Assembly: GCA_010909165.1 (NCBI GenBank)
Contig: VJWM01000234.1
Location: forward strand, 62,001-126,000
Direction of reading: 5' to 3'
Origin: Anthoceros angustus
Taxonomy: Eukaryota > Plantae > Anthocerotophyta
Length of the DNA: 64,000 bases
Below the pieces are notes generated by a model, which saw nothing but the letters and a program-made list of their open reading frames with translations, had not been told where the DNA came from and made no database searches. Positions 13,421-27,740 of this stretch are shown one piece after another (positions within the stretch are counted from its first letter, which is position 1; each line of letters begins with the position of its first letter). The translations under genes were made by a program, and so were the position numbers.

Positions 13421-13804
13421 AATCACTCAATTCCATTAGATCGAAGCTATACATATTCATACTTCCCATGATAGATTGAATTCTCACCTCGAGATACATC
13501 TAATCTCTAAAGGTGTTGAGAAATTAATTGTTGAAGAAGTTAATACTTCTAATCCTTCTGTCTGGAGCAATACAGATATTTGCAACAACAAAACAATGAA
13601 GAAGTGCAGCATGTGCTCACGCGTTACTCCTAAAGTTATCAAAAGGACTCCGCGTCAACCACGTTCCAACTTTCTTCATTGAACATCAACTGCAATGTCT
13701 GAGGAGCAAGTGATTGACGAGGTTATAAATTCAAACCGAAAAGCTTAAAAAGTGGCTTTTAGAAGAGAGAGCCAAATGGGAAGCAAAGTGGAAGAAGAAG
13801 AAAC

Positions 13805-14085
13805 ATGACTCACATACAAGCTGGTTCGGAGAAACAAGGAAGAGATTCAGGAAAAGGATATGATGTTTGGCAACTACGTGCCAAAGGAGTACTGCGACAA
13901 CGTGACTTATGGGATATTGTTAGCGGTGCTAATGATCGCCCCCTATGGAGTAAGGATTCTCAGGAAGAGTGGGACATTAAGGATCAGAAGGCTCAGGATA
14001 TCATCATAAGTGGACTTACCGAATCAATGGTTCGACAAGTCTCTGAAGCAAGAACCTCCAAGGAAATGTGGGACCGTCTTTCTCC
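13805..14085 (+). pseudogene. Ty1/copia gag fragment (Retrotran_gag_2-like)
   Basis: GYDVWQLRAKGVLRQRDLWDIV..KAQDIIISGL..TSKEMWDRL, homologous to copia-B gag at 38450 and 53330. Confidence 0.8.
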
Positions 14086-14159
14086 CTTGGCAAGTTGGCC
14101 TTAAAAGGCCAAGCTCCCTTGGGGAGGTCTCATTGCTCTCCTTTGACTTGGGCTTCTTC

Positions 14160-14400
14160 TCCTTCGTCTTCTTGGCCTCAAGCCTTGGGACTAGAGCCTC
14201 TCCTTGTGCCTTGGGTCCTCTCTCTTGGCCTCAAGCCTTGGAACTTGGGCCTCTCCTTTGGCCTTGGGTTCTTTCTCTTGGCCTTAAGCATTGGGACTTG
14301 GGCCTCTCCTTTAGCCTTGGTCCCCTCTTTAGGCCTCAAGCCTTGGGACTTGGGCCTCTTCTTTGGCCTTGGTCCCCTCTCTTGGCCTCAAGCCTTGGGC
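14160..14400. repeat. ~53-bp tandem repeat, about 5 units
   Basis: ggcctcaagccttgggacttgggcctctcc recurs at ~14174, 14227, 14280, 14332 and 14385. Confidence 0.85.
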
Positions 14401-14669
14401 GCACTTTTCAAGTTCCACCTTGGCTTTAGAGGGTCCCTTGCCTACTTGCTAAGGATCTAAGCATAGCCTAGCATCTCCTTAGAGCCTAGCATCTTCTTAG
14501 CAAGCATAGCATGCCTAGCACACTAAGCCTAGGCGCCCTACCCTAGCATACTTAGCATACTTAGCCACTAGATGCTAACAAGCCTGGCACAAGCCTTGCG
14601 TGGCCTTTCGCCTAACTGTGAAAGCCAATCCTAGTACGCTTATCTAGCATACACAAGAGATCATAGCAT

Positions 14670-14805
14670 GTAACAAATGGAGAGAGTAGCTGTGAGTAGC
14701 ACAAATACACTCTCCCTCACGGAACAAATTCCTCACACATCGCTCTCGGAGTCATAGCTTTGGCCTCCTCACAACACTCTTGCATTGCATATTGTGGACA
14801 AGGGA
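14670..14805 (-). repeat. Fragment of LTR family C
   Basis: catcgctctcggagtcatagctttggcctcctcacaacac is shared with ~30373-30411. Confidence 0.75.
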
Positions 14806-14924
14806 CAAATGCTTTGTACCCCCTTCTGGTCGATTAGCAAGGGTTTCTGTTTTTTTTGTGAGGATTTGTGTGAAAAATAAGGGATATGTGTGGATAATAA
14901 GGCCAATCTGGCCAGTTACGTAGG

Positions 14925-15679
14925 TGTGGAACGTAAAAGTTTGGGCACTCCTACTTTTTGGATCAAAAGGGATCAAACTAGAGCAAAGTCAAACAACGGG
15001 AGAATTGAAGTGAAGTGGAAGAGAATTGTCAAGATCTTGAGGCAATTTGTTGGAGAATGAGGAGTAGAGGGTGAAGGCAATTAAGCCAAGTAGCTTGAGG
15101 TTGCTGCACAACAGCTGATAGGCTTGCGAGGCAAAGGCGATTATTGGGGACCACTACCAAGTTTGAGGGAAGGCAAAGTAATTTGCCACATGGAAGAAGT
15201 GAGACATGGGCGCTTTGCTGAGATTTTGCATGGGAGGGACTAGGTGAGATGTGGTTGCAGGAAGATCAAGTAATGGTGGAATTGTCAGATCTCGTAGGGC
15301 TCTAGGTGGGAGCTCGGCATGCGAGAGGAGCAGCAATTGGTGCAAGGATGGGAGCGAGCTCATGTTGAGTGAGCAGCCACAAGGGTTGCAAGAGGAGGCC
15401 ATGGCGGTGCCGAGGCACGTGGAAGTGCTCTCAATGGAGTCACGATGTGAGGATGGCATGATAGGGCCGTGTGTTGAACTAGGAAAGGCCAGGGTAGAGC
15501 ACTCACAGCAGGCTGAATTTGTAGCTGGGCTGCAAGATGGAGGTGTGGTTTGTGCCTTGGATGCTGGTGACCTGACAAACAAGAGTCTCATGGGACGAAA
15601 CCTATTGTACTTAGCGACAGTGGGATAAGTGTGGCCACTAGAGGGTGAATCTCGGAAGCCCCGGGATCTGCCTCCCACA
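14925..15679 (+). mobile_element. 755-bp internally deleted solo LTR with TSD GTAGG
   Basis: TGTGGAA...TCCCACA termini; GTAGG at 14920-14924 and 15680-15684; inverted match to both ends of 24989-28961. Confidence 0.92.
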
Positions 15680-16191
15680 GTAGGCGTGGTCACAACTTCG
15701 CTGTTGGCAAGGTTCGGAGGACCTCCAAAGGATGGCCGCATCAAGGAAGGCAGGGTCCGAAATTGCTTTGCTCTTTGTGCGTGGTTGTGCCCGGAGAACT
15801 CTCGGCTTAAGGGACGATTTTAGAGATTGTGGAGATTTTCGCTGTGTGGTGCAAACCCATAGGAACCTGCCCAAGGGAAAATCTTTGGCTTGCAGGCATA
15901 CCCCTGGCAGTTGTGCCATAAGGGAGAGCCAAGGCCAAATTGCCTTGAAATTGTGTTAGGCTAAGAGGCCTAGATTAGGGAACGTGGAGTTGAAGATGGA
16001 TGTGGACATGATTGTGGAGTAGAAGCTAGAAGAGTAGAGTTAGAAGAAGGCCCTGGTCAGAGCCCAAGAGAGGGTCCCAAATCCGTCACCAATCGAGGTT
16101 GGAAGCTAGGTTAAGGTCTCAAAGTCATGAGGTGGTGAAGTTGCGTTGTGCCATTGGAGTGCCGCTATCAATGGTAAGAAAATGCCCCTAC

Positions 16192-19100
16192 TGAAGGATC
16201 GTGTGGCAGCACATGATGGTGGAAAGAGGAGAGGAGAGGAGGAGGCAAGTGTAACTCTCTCACATTGAGATGAGGCTTAGGGTATTTACCCTCCATGCTC
16301 CTAGGAAGCTCCACAAGAAGCCCCTAGGAGCACAAGAAGCTTCCTAGTGATTAGCTTCAGCTAAACTAATGATACTTGACACCTAACTTAGACTAAGTGT
16401 ATTAGTCTAAGTACATTGCTTTAATACCCTTACAACCTCCCACTTAAAGGCCAATTTACCTTGAGAATGGACTATCTCATGCCCATCGATGTCAGCTTGT
16501 GCAAATTGCTCGTAGAGAGTCCCTTGGTAAGAATATCTGCGGGGTTCTGGTGTGAACCTTGACAAGTTGTACCCTCTTGTCATCCAACACCTCTCGAATG
16601 AAGTGATACTTCACATCCACATGTTTAGTCTTCGCATGAAACGGATTCTTTGCCAATTGGATAGCACTCTGGCTATCACAATGCAACACCGCGACTCAAC
16701 CTTGATCCCCAAGTCTCCCACTAAGCAGGCAAGCCATATGGCTTCCTTGCAAGCCTCGATTCGCAACATACTCGGCCTCTGTGGTAGATAGCGTAATGCA
16801 CGGCAAACGAGATCGCCATGAGAGCCCCTCCGTGCACATGAAGACATAACGATGTGGACCTCCTTTTGTCCATATCCTGCATAATCGATCATGTACCCAA
16901 CCACATGCATCTTCACTACCAAAACATATGCACAAAGCTTTTGTACCATTCGGATACCTCATAACTCCTTTTCTCGCCTCCCAATGCTTCTTGCCGGGGT
17001 TTGACATAAACACTAACCACTCCCGCAAAGGCAATGTCGGGACGTGTAGCAATCATTGCATACATCAAACTCCCTACGGTGATGAGTATGGGACCTTCTC
17101 CATTTCGACTTTGTCCTCCTCGAGCTTGGGCAATCCGGCTTGAAAGTTTCACATATGGAGGCAATGGAGTACCCAATGGCTTCCCTTCTCCATGTTGAAG
17201 CGTTGAAGCACCTGTAATGTATTCCGTCGAGACAAATAAAGCGACGCTTATATGCGACGAATCGCATGCCAAGTATATGGCTCGCCTCTCCCAAGTCTGT
17301 CATTTCAAAGTGAGCATTCAACTTTGACTTCAACGAAATCTCATCGATCTTCGAATTAGCATATCATCCACATAGAGGATCAAAATGAGCAAGCTTTGAT
17401 CCTTAGCTTGCTTCGTATAGAGGCAATGATCCTCATCGCTACGTTTGTAGCCTTGAGAAAGCATAAATGAGTGGAACTTGTGATACCACTCTCGGGTGCT
17501 GTTTCAAACCATAAAGGCTCTTCCTCAACTGCACGGATGCTCTTTGCCCTTCTCAACAAAACCTTCTGGTTGTTGCATGTAGACGTCCTCTTGAAGGTCA
17601 CCATGCAAGAATGCCGTCTTGACATCCATCTGTACAAGTTCCATATCATTCCTGGCAACCAAAGCAAGAACACATCGCAAAGTTGTCATTTTGACTACCG
17701 GTGAGAAAATCTCATCAAAGTCAATGCCTAGTTGTTGCTTGAAACCCTTAGCAACCAATCGTGCCTTGTACTTTGGTTTGCCATCAAGTATGACCTTCAT
17801 CTTGTACACCCATTTGCGGTAGTGCCTTCTTATCCTAGGCAACGGAACCAACTCCCAAGTTTGGTTCTTATGTAATTCATTTACATGGCCTTCTCCCACT
17901 TCTCTTTGTTACTCATTGACATGGCCTCTTTGTAAGAAGAGGGTTCCCACAATCTGTCGGACATAATCCGAGATGGATCATACTGAGGAGGTGTAATCTG
18001 CGACCTCTCGAAGCCAGCACCTCTATAGGTGCTTGTTCGACTCTTGGTTCATCTACGGTGGAGGAATGTGCTCGCACATTACCACGGTATCAACCTGCCC
18101 TTGATGATCATGTCCATCTTCTTGGAAGATCACCCTTCGCACCTCCACAGTTGGAGTAGGCTTCCTGCATCTTGTTCTCATTGAAGAACACGTCGTTACG
18201 AACAACCTTTCTAGCTCTGGATCCCACAAAGCGGTATCCCATCTCACGGAATCACCATAGCCAAGAAAAATACATTTCTTGGACTTAGGTGCCAACTTGA
18301 AACTCTTTTGGAACATGGCGGTATGCCTCACGGCCAAACACTCGCAGATGCTTGTAGGATGGTTTCTTTCCGGACCATAGCTCCTCGAACACCTCATCAA
18401 CACCTTATTAGGAGATCATTAATAAGATGAACTGCGATGAACACTTCGCCCAAAACCCATTAGGCAATCCAGAGTTTGACAACAAACTACGCATCCTCTC
18501 CTGAATGGTTCTGTTCATCCGCTCAGCCACACCATTTTGTGGAGGAGTATCCGGCGCAGTCAATTCTCTTTTGATTCCCTTGGAATCGTAGAATGACTGG
18601 AAAGCTTTGGAAACATACTCTCCACCATTATCTGTCCTTAGACACTTCAATCGGTGGCCAGACTGATTCTCTACAAGGGTGACAAATTTGTCGAACTTCA
18701 TCCTTTTTCCTCAAAGGATAAACCCACACCTTGCGTGAGAAATCATCTATGAAAGTGACAAAATAGGAGGCACCGCCTAATGATGCGATGCATAGGTCCA
18801 CATACATCAGTGAACCAACTCAAGAGGTTTACTCCTACTTTTACCTCTTGTTCGATGTGATGATTTTGTCATTTCCCATATAAGCAGTGCTCACATCGAG
18901 AGATCGGAGAAGTTAAGAACAGGATATAACGAGCGAGATAAAACCTTCATTCCGAGACATATGTCCTAAGCAATGCCACAAGGAAACATTTGGTCTCACA
19001 CGATCACATGATCTTTTGGATGTTTACAAGTGAGTACAAAGTGCCACACTTGATCCACGAGCTAACACAAGAGAACCTTTGGAGATCTTCCAAGAGTGAT

Positions 19101-21165
19101 CCCCAAACCAGGTGGTAACCAACATCATCCAAGCTGCGCTAATCATGCTCTTTGTCAACTTGAACATACGCGTCCTTTTGAATGAAGATCCGTTGTCAAA
19201 CTTGAGTTGCACATCACCTCGCTGCGATCGCATGCATAGTTATTTCCAAGCCTAACGCATCCTTTCCTTGTAGCATCATCGTGCTAAACCACTCTCTATG
19301 AGGAGTAACATGGAAAGATGCGAGTCAATTATCCAATTGCGAATAAATGACTATCCACGGCATTTAATGCGGCATTCAAGTAAGAAGAGATAAGGACATC
19401 TCCGTCCTCAGAGTTTAACTCTTCCAACTGACAGACGAAGTCGCCTTCTTGTCGTCCTTCTTCTCTTTTCCTTGGTCCTTTTGAACTTCGCACTCTCTTT
19501 TGAAGTGACCCCTTTTGTGACAATAGTGACACTCCACATTCTTGTTACGACTACGAGATTTGCTACGAGAAGCTTCATCCGGTTGCTTCCCTTCGTGGAC
19601 CTCCCTCTCACTATGAGGGCACCTTTGGAACCTTTGGAAGGTTCCATGTTTTCTGTTCACCTCCTCGTTAACAGCTACCTTCTACATTTACAATGGTAAG
19701 ACCACTAGCGGTAATTACTCGACATGCGAAGGTGTCCCAACTCTCGGTAATGTGACCACAGAAACATAGCTCTCACGGAATCAGGAATGTGATACCTTGA
19801 GATGAGAGGCTGAAAATGGTATTGAAATCATTCGGATGATCGGACATCCTCGTCCCTTCCTTCATCTTCAAGTCCACCATTTTGTTTCAACCAATACACA
19901 CGAAGCCGCACTTTGCTTCTCATCAGTCACACTTACGCCACGCGGTCGTAACTCGTGGTCTTATCTTTCACATTGAAGTACATGCCAATGTTAGCATGAT
20001 AGTAGATCTAGCAAGCTCATCCAGTCCGCCACTCATCACGTGTCATACTATCGGTTTGGCCTAGACTTTATGGGCTTGATCGCTTTTACGCACTAGAACA
20101 TTATACACTTGTTCTTTCGAGCGGGAAGTTAGTACCATCTAACTTCTCGATATTGAACATAGCGTTTTCGATGATGAAGACATCATGACTCAAAAATCGA
20201 TCTGATAAAACACTCGACTCGCCTTGTCGGAAAAGTCAAAGAAAGCGATCACCGTCCGTGTATTTTGCGTTGATTTGACTGATATTCCGCGAATATTTCG
20301 GCGAATTTTACGCTCACCGTCACACCGCCGGCGTTCGGCACCGCGACTGCTCTGGCGCCGCGCTTTGCCCGCGCCGCGGCGCGCGCCGCGCCGCGCCGCG
20401 GCCGCGGCGCCTCGCCCAGCCCGCGCCGCCCGCGCGGCGCCGCGCCGCGCCGCCCGCGGCCGGCGCCGCGCGCCGCGCCGCGGCCGGCGCCGCGCCCGCC
20501 GGGCCCAGCGGCCCGCGCCCGTGCGCGCCGCGCCAGCGGCGGCCTTGCGCGCGCTGCGCCCGCGCGGCGCCGCGCCGCGGCGGCCGGCCCGCGCTGCGGC
20601 GCGCCAGCGCGCGCCGCGCGCGGCGCCGCGCCGCGCCGCGCCGCGCCGCGCCCGCCGCGCCCGCGCCGCCCGCGCGCCCGCGCCGCGCGCCGCGCCCGTG
20701 CCCACGGCCGCGCCCGCGCCGCGCCCCGCGGCCCGCGCCGCGGCCCGCGCGTCGCCTTGCCTCGCTCGGCCTCGTCCGCTCGCGGCTTTGCCCGCGCCGC
20801 GCGCCTCGCCCGATCTGGATCACTTGCAATTCCACGGCTGCGCGACCTGCAGCTAGAAAATTCTAGCATCACAACACAACCAAATTGTAGCTCTGATACC
20901 AGTTGAAGGATCGTGTGGCAGCACATGATGGTGGAAAGAGGAGAGGAGAGGAGGAGGCAAGTGTAACTCTCTCACATTGAGATGAGGCTTGGAGGATATT
21001 TATACCCTCCAATAGGGCTCTCTAGGAAGCTCCACAAGAAGCCCCTAGGAAGGAGCACAAGAAGCTTCCTAGTGATTAGCTTCAGCTAAACTAAGGATAC
21101 TTAACTGACACCTAACTTAGACTAAGTGTATTAGTCTAAGTATATTGGGCTTTAATACCCTTACA
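16192..21165 (-). mobile_element. Full-length Ty1/copia element (copia-A)
   Basis: LTRs 16192-16434 and 20904-21165 (TG..CA); TSD CCTAC on both sides; PBS tggtatcagagc (tRNA-iMet) 20890-20901; PPT ttaagtgggaggt 16435-16447. Motifs: CHYCHKRGHFKREC, LRTDNGGEY, PPQNGVAERMNRT, YKARLVAKGF, QMDVKTAFLHG, HCDSQSAI. Confidence 0.97.
20325..20810. repeat. Extremely GC-rich low-complexity tract (gcgcc/gccgc) in copia-A leader
   Basis: ~480 bp of almost only C and G between PBS and gag. Confidence 0.9.
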
Positions 21166-22425
21166 CCTACATGTGTAGGTATGCCGATCTACCTCATCGA
21201 GGCGGGCCTCGAGAAGTAGCGTGCGTTAGAGTCGAGGCGGTTTGTGAAGACACATTGTGGCGTGTCTCTTGTATGTGGAGCGAGTAGTGGTCGCCCCAGT
21301 TATGTAAGGGGGCTTCAGAGTGTGAAGAGGTGTGTGGCTTGTGTCTTGGATGCTAGTGAGTTGATGAACAAGAGTCTCATGGAACAAAACTTATTGTGCT
21401 TGACGGCAGTTGGATAAGTGTGGCTACTAGAGGGCGATCCTAGGATCCTAGGGTTTTCCTTCCATAGCAGGCATGTAGGTGCATTCTGCGAATGATGTGC
21501 TATCTTGTTAAAGGTTGCTGAAATCCATTTATTGCAGCGTTGTAACGAGCATGAGATTCGTTAGCACGGTCATGAAAGAGGCTGCTCCAAAAAGACATTA
21601 GGTTTTTGTATGTGATTGTGCATCTACGCAAGCACGGTGTGTAAAACATTAAAGGAAAGACCACCACGAGATAGCAATAAGTGTTCGTGAGAAAAGGAAA
21701 TTATGTATGTACGTGGCATGTGGATCACAAAAGTCGTTTCCTTCCGTCCAAGAAAATGCCTAAACGAGGCTCAAGCATTCATCCTGCGATTCACGAGGAG
21801 CTGAGTGGATGATCATATTCAGAGAATAACTTTCAACCCCTCACACACAGAGAAGTCGTTCGTCACTATACCAAGCATCATTTACAACACTTGAGCTTAG
21901 CAAACGGTATAACCCAGTTTTTGGGGTTTTCGTGTTCCTGGATATAAGGATTCCAAATACGGAGATCGACAGGCGACCTCTGTTCCGATTTCAGAAATCC
22001 AGGACTCCATCACGAAGAGTAAAACAAGCTGCTGTGAAAATTCAGGCGTACCCTGGAAAGCCTCCCTGCGTGACCTCGGCGCAGGCGCGTCCAACACGTC
22101 AATGACAAAGATCCTAAGGAGATAATGATACTCTGCCGAGTATTTGAAATCCAACAATCCACAAACCTCTACACATGACTTGAGCATTCAGAACATTTCT
22201 GCACACTCCCCGGGCCAGAAAGACACCAAATCCCAATCACGCCAGTCCTCACCTACTTTACTGCGTAGTGAAGACATTTCCAGGAAAACTATCCTGCACA
22301 TCGCAAGGTATAACTCGTCGAAGATGAAGATAGCTGGAACAGTCCAGATATTGCGACTAGCTTAATATAACATATTCCAAACTAGGGCGTAATGGACGCA
22401 TCGCATATAAAATTGACACCTAGAA

Positions 22426-24296
<1,871 letters not shown>

Positions 24297-24314
24297 AGAG
24301 AAAGTCTACAAACC

Positions 24315-24459
24315 CTGCACAAGTTGCCCATCAAGAATTGATCCAAATGTCGTACAAGAGGCAGTGAGAAGGACCCAATTGGTATGCAACAGCAAAAGAC
24401 CCAGAGAACCTTCAAAACTATTCGCCCTAACAACAAGGCTCCTGTGAGCGACACAAAAC
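24315..24459 (-). other. Putative 5'UTR intron of UBC gene
   Basis: On minus: CAAG|gttttg ... ttgtgcag|GG, ending 18 nt before the ATG. Confidence 0.5.
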
Positions 24460-25204
24460 CTTGCTCGACGAAAGGAGGAAGAGCCGCGGCGAGGTAGCCC
24501 GGGCACAACAGAAGCAGCAACTCTTGGACGGCAATCCACACTCAACGTAGTGATGCGGCACACCCCAGTCGCCGGCCCTCCAACGAATATAGTTGTCGCA
24601 TGGGATATGCAAGCGTCTTTAACCCTAGGATATTACTGGATATGGTAATACTATGTATCCGTTAACGGTGAGTTGGCGAGCGTCAAAGCAAAAACTTACT
24701 TTGACTACAACCGCGTTCTTTCGCGGTTCCTAAAGTCGTACGTGGTACCACGTACCACGGGCCCCATCGGGCCCCTGCTTCGCTCTATCACCCCCTCCGC
24801 CCTTAACAGGTCCAAGGCCCGTTTTCCATGGTCACCCAACCCACTGTGCGAAATGAGCACGGGTTGGGTGACTTACAAATAATTTTTCCGTATTTTCTCC
24901 AAGTCTAGGAGATCCTTGCTTCCACACTATCTCCACAATTATGTATCTTTCAATCTTAGGATGATTATAGGTCATTTTCGTATGGGGATGTGGGAGGAAA
25001 ACCCCGGGGCTTCCGAGATTCACCCTCTAGTGGCCACACTTATCCCACTGTCGCTAAGTACAATAGGTTTCGTCCCATGAGACTCTTGTTTGTCGGTCAC
25101 CAACATCCAAGGCACAAACCACACGCCTCTTCACACCCCAAGCTCCCTCACAGTGGAGCAACTTCAACTCACTCCAGACAGCCACGCCTCACCATGCTGC
25201 TCGT

Positions 25205-25702
25205 CAATCACCGCTTCTAGACCTACGACACCCCTACGATTATGGGTCCACACCCCACGGCGGTAGTGACTACGCGTGGGACCCCCTCGTTGCAGCGACT
25301 TCACCACCCGTGATCGTCCACTATTCCTTTCCCATCGCCTTCCCACAATTGGCACACCTCAACCACCAACTCACAGCCACGCCACTCCCGCCTTTGCTCG
25401 GTGAATCACCACTCCTGGACCTACGACATCCTACGGTCGTGGGTCCCGCCCCCTGGATAGGTCCACCGTCGCGCAGGGACCCCCTACGTTGCAACGCGAC
25501 TTCACCACCCGTGATCGTCCACTATTCCTTTCCCATCGCCTTCCCACAATTGGCACACCTCAACCACCAACTCTAGCACGCCACTCCGACCGCCTCCGCC
25601 GAATCACCACTCGGACCTACAACGACATCCTACGAGGTCCCGCCCCGTGTAGGTCCACCGTCTCACGCAGGGACCCCCTCACAGCGACTTCTCCACCCGT
25701 GA
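25205..25702. repeat. ~200-bp tandem repeat (about 2.5 units) within solo LTR
   Basis: gcgacttcaccacccgtgatcgtccactattcc..caactc at ~25296 and ~25496, partial third copy ~25685. Confidence 0.85.
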
Positions 25703-27697
25703 TTTTGAGACCTTAGCCCGCTTCCGGTCTCGGTTTGGTGCATTTGGGACCCTCCCTTAGGCTCGACTTGGGCCTTCTTCTTACTCCTAATCTCTACCTA
25801 CTCCTCTACTCAACATTCAGCTCCACATTCTCCTCAACACTCACCTCAACTCAACTCCTCATCCTCCTAATCTAACCTTACTTCAAGCTCACGGCCCTAG
25901 CTCGCCCTTACGGCACAACGCACAGGGTGCCTACAAGCCAACAAGTTCTTCCTTGGGCGGGTTGCTATGAGTTTGCAGACAGTGAGAACCTCCGAGTCTT
26001 TCCTGTAGTCTACCCTCAAGCCGAGAGTTCCTTGGGCATCGCCACACACCCAAAGCAAAGCAATTTCCCAACCATTCACAAGGAGCAACTGCGGGCGCCG
26101 CAGGAGCTCTCCGCCAAGCACTCCGAGTCGCAAACTCCCTCTCTACCCGGGCCTTCGTTAGCTTGCGGTACGAACTTCCTTCACAAGGAGCAAAGGACTC
26201 GAGGTGGGAGCGCAAGACACGATAATTTTACTTCACAAGCTCCCTCCTTTTATAGGGAGGTCCTCACATCTGACCTCCCACAGGCGCCCTCCGCACCGCC
26301 TCACTCCTTATTTTAGTGTATCCTCGCCGACTTTAAGTTCGACATCCAAGCATCTTGGGTAAAATTCTATTCTAGCAAACTTCACCTATGTGAGCCTTAA
26401 TGGCTCCTGTCAACATTCCTATCTAGCTAGTCAACACACCCTACTGGGTTGACAAGCATTAATGCATGTCCTCCTCTAAAGAAAAGTCTCCCCCCAAGCA
26501 ATGAGCCCACGCTCCAAGCTACCACCAACCTCTTCAATTACCTCTAGATGTCATCGCATCGCCTGGTGATCCTACGGATGTAGGGCCACCCTCTACACCT
26601 CCTACGGACGTAGGGTCAACTTCTTATGGCCCTACCGCCTCCACGCTCTCCACTGCAAGAAGGTCTCCCGTGGCGGATCTTGCTCCATGCCTTCCTCTTC
26701 CTCCTCCGAGTCATCCTCTGGCCTTCCATATAGCCGGATGTGTTGGGCTCTTCCCAGCTCCCTAGCAACCAACTTGCCCTTCTTAGGTGCAGGCGCTTTC
26801 ACCATCTTGTACCTTCAAAATAAGCGCACAAACAAGACAAGCTTGGGCACGCCCACATGCTCGTTTCCACCTAGTTGTCACCTCGGGTCTACACACAATT
26901 AGATTTCTTCACTCGCCACAAGATCCACCAAGAGCAACGCGCCCTTTTCCACTTACTTCCTCTTCACTCCACGGTCCCACCTAGCTCAAACTTGATGTCC
27001 TCACAACATACACCTCCTTACGCCCAAATCCCTCACTTGCAAGGTCCTAGGCACACACAAAATTCAGCGCCCTTGCTCTCTTCACGGTGTGCTTCAAATC
27101 CTTCACACACAACTCCTTATGCACGCACACCTCCTTCTCCTTGCACACACACGGGCTCGCGTTCCCACCAAGTCCTTGCTCTAGCTTTCCGTGCATGCAC
27201 AAGCTCTTCCTGCAATTCCTCGCTTCCTAGGTGCCACTCCCTACACCAAGCCAAAGCACCAAGTCCTTGCCTAGTGACATGACTCTTCCTGCAATTCTGC
27301 TTCCTAGGTGCCACTCCCTACACCCCGGCATGGCCACACCCTACACTACCCACATATTTATGTGCTATTATTCCTAATATATCCTATTTATCCACAACCT
27401 TGCCTATGACCCTCTTTAGCAACTTCCTAGGTTTGTACCGCTTGTATCCAAGTAGGGTGTCGCACCTCCGCGTGGGAGACCTCACCACTCCTACGGTGAG
27501 GGCTCTCATCCTACCTATCTACCTACCTACCTAATGCGTAGAGTCCACCTACCCCACATCCTACCCATGTAGGGCCACCACAGTCACCCTACATACTACC
27601 CGCATCTCATCCCTACTTGTTCCCTACCTTGTTCCCTACTTGTACCTTGTTCCTACCTCGGTGGGGCATGCCTACTTATGGACACGCACGTCCTACC

Positions 27698-27740
27698 CAT
27701 ACATGAATACATGAATACATGAATACATACATACATACAT
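27698..27740. repeat. (TACATGAA)n/(TACA)n microsatellite
   Basis: Read directly from sequence. Confidence 0.85.

Larger units (their letters stand above)
15685..21466 (+). repeat. Older degenerate gypsy LTR 3' part (15685-16186 + 21171-21466) split by copia-A
   Basis: 15758-15880 resembles the reverse complement of 25950-26070. 21335-21466 resembles the reverse complement of 24989-25125, ending ttccttccata. Confidence 0.65.

Noticed and set aside
14160-14400. CRISPR-like array
   Set aside because: Plain tandem repeat without unique spacers, in a eukaryotic context.
20190-20926. Four overlapping 170-225 aa Arg/Ala/Pro ORFs
   Set aside because: Stop-free only because of extreme GC content; no domain signal.
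21897-22365. Short ORFs downstream of UBC
   Set aside because: No recognisable homology; likely 3'UTR or intergenic.
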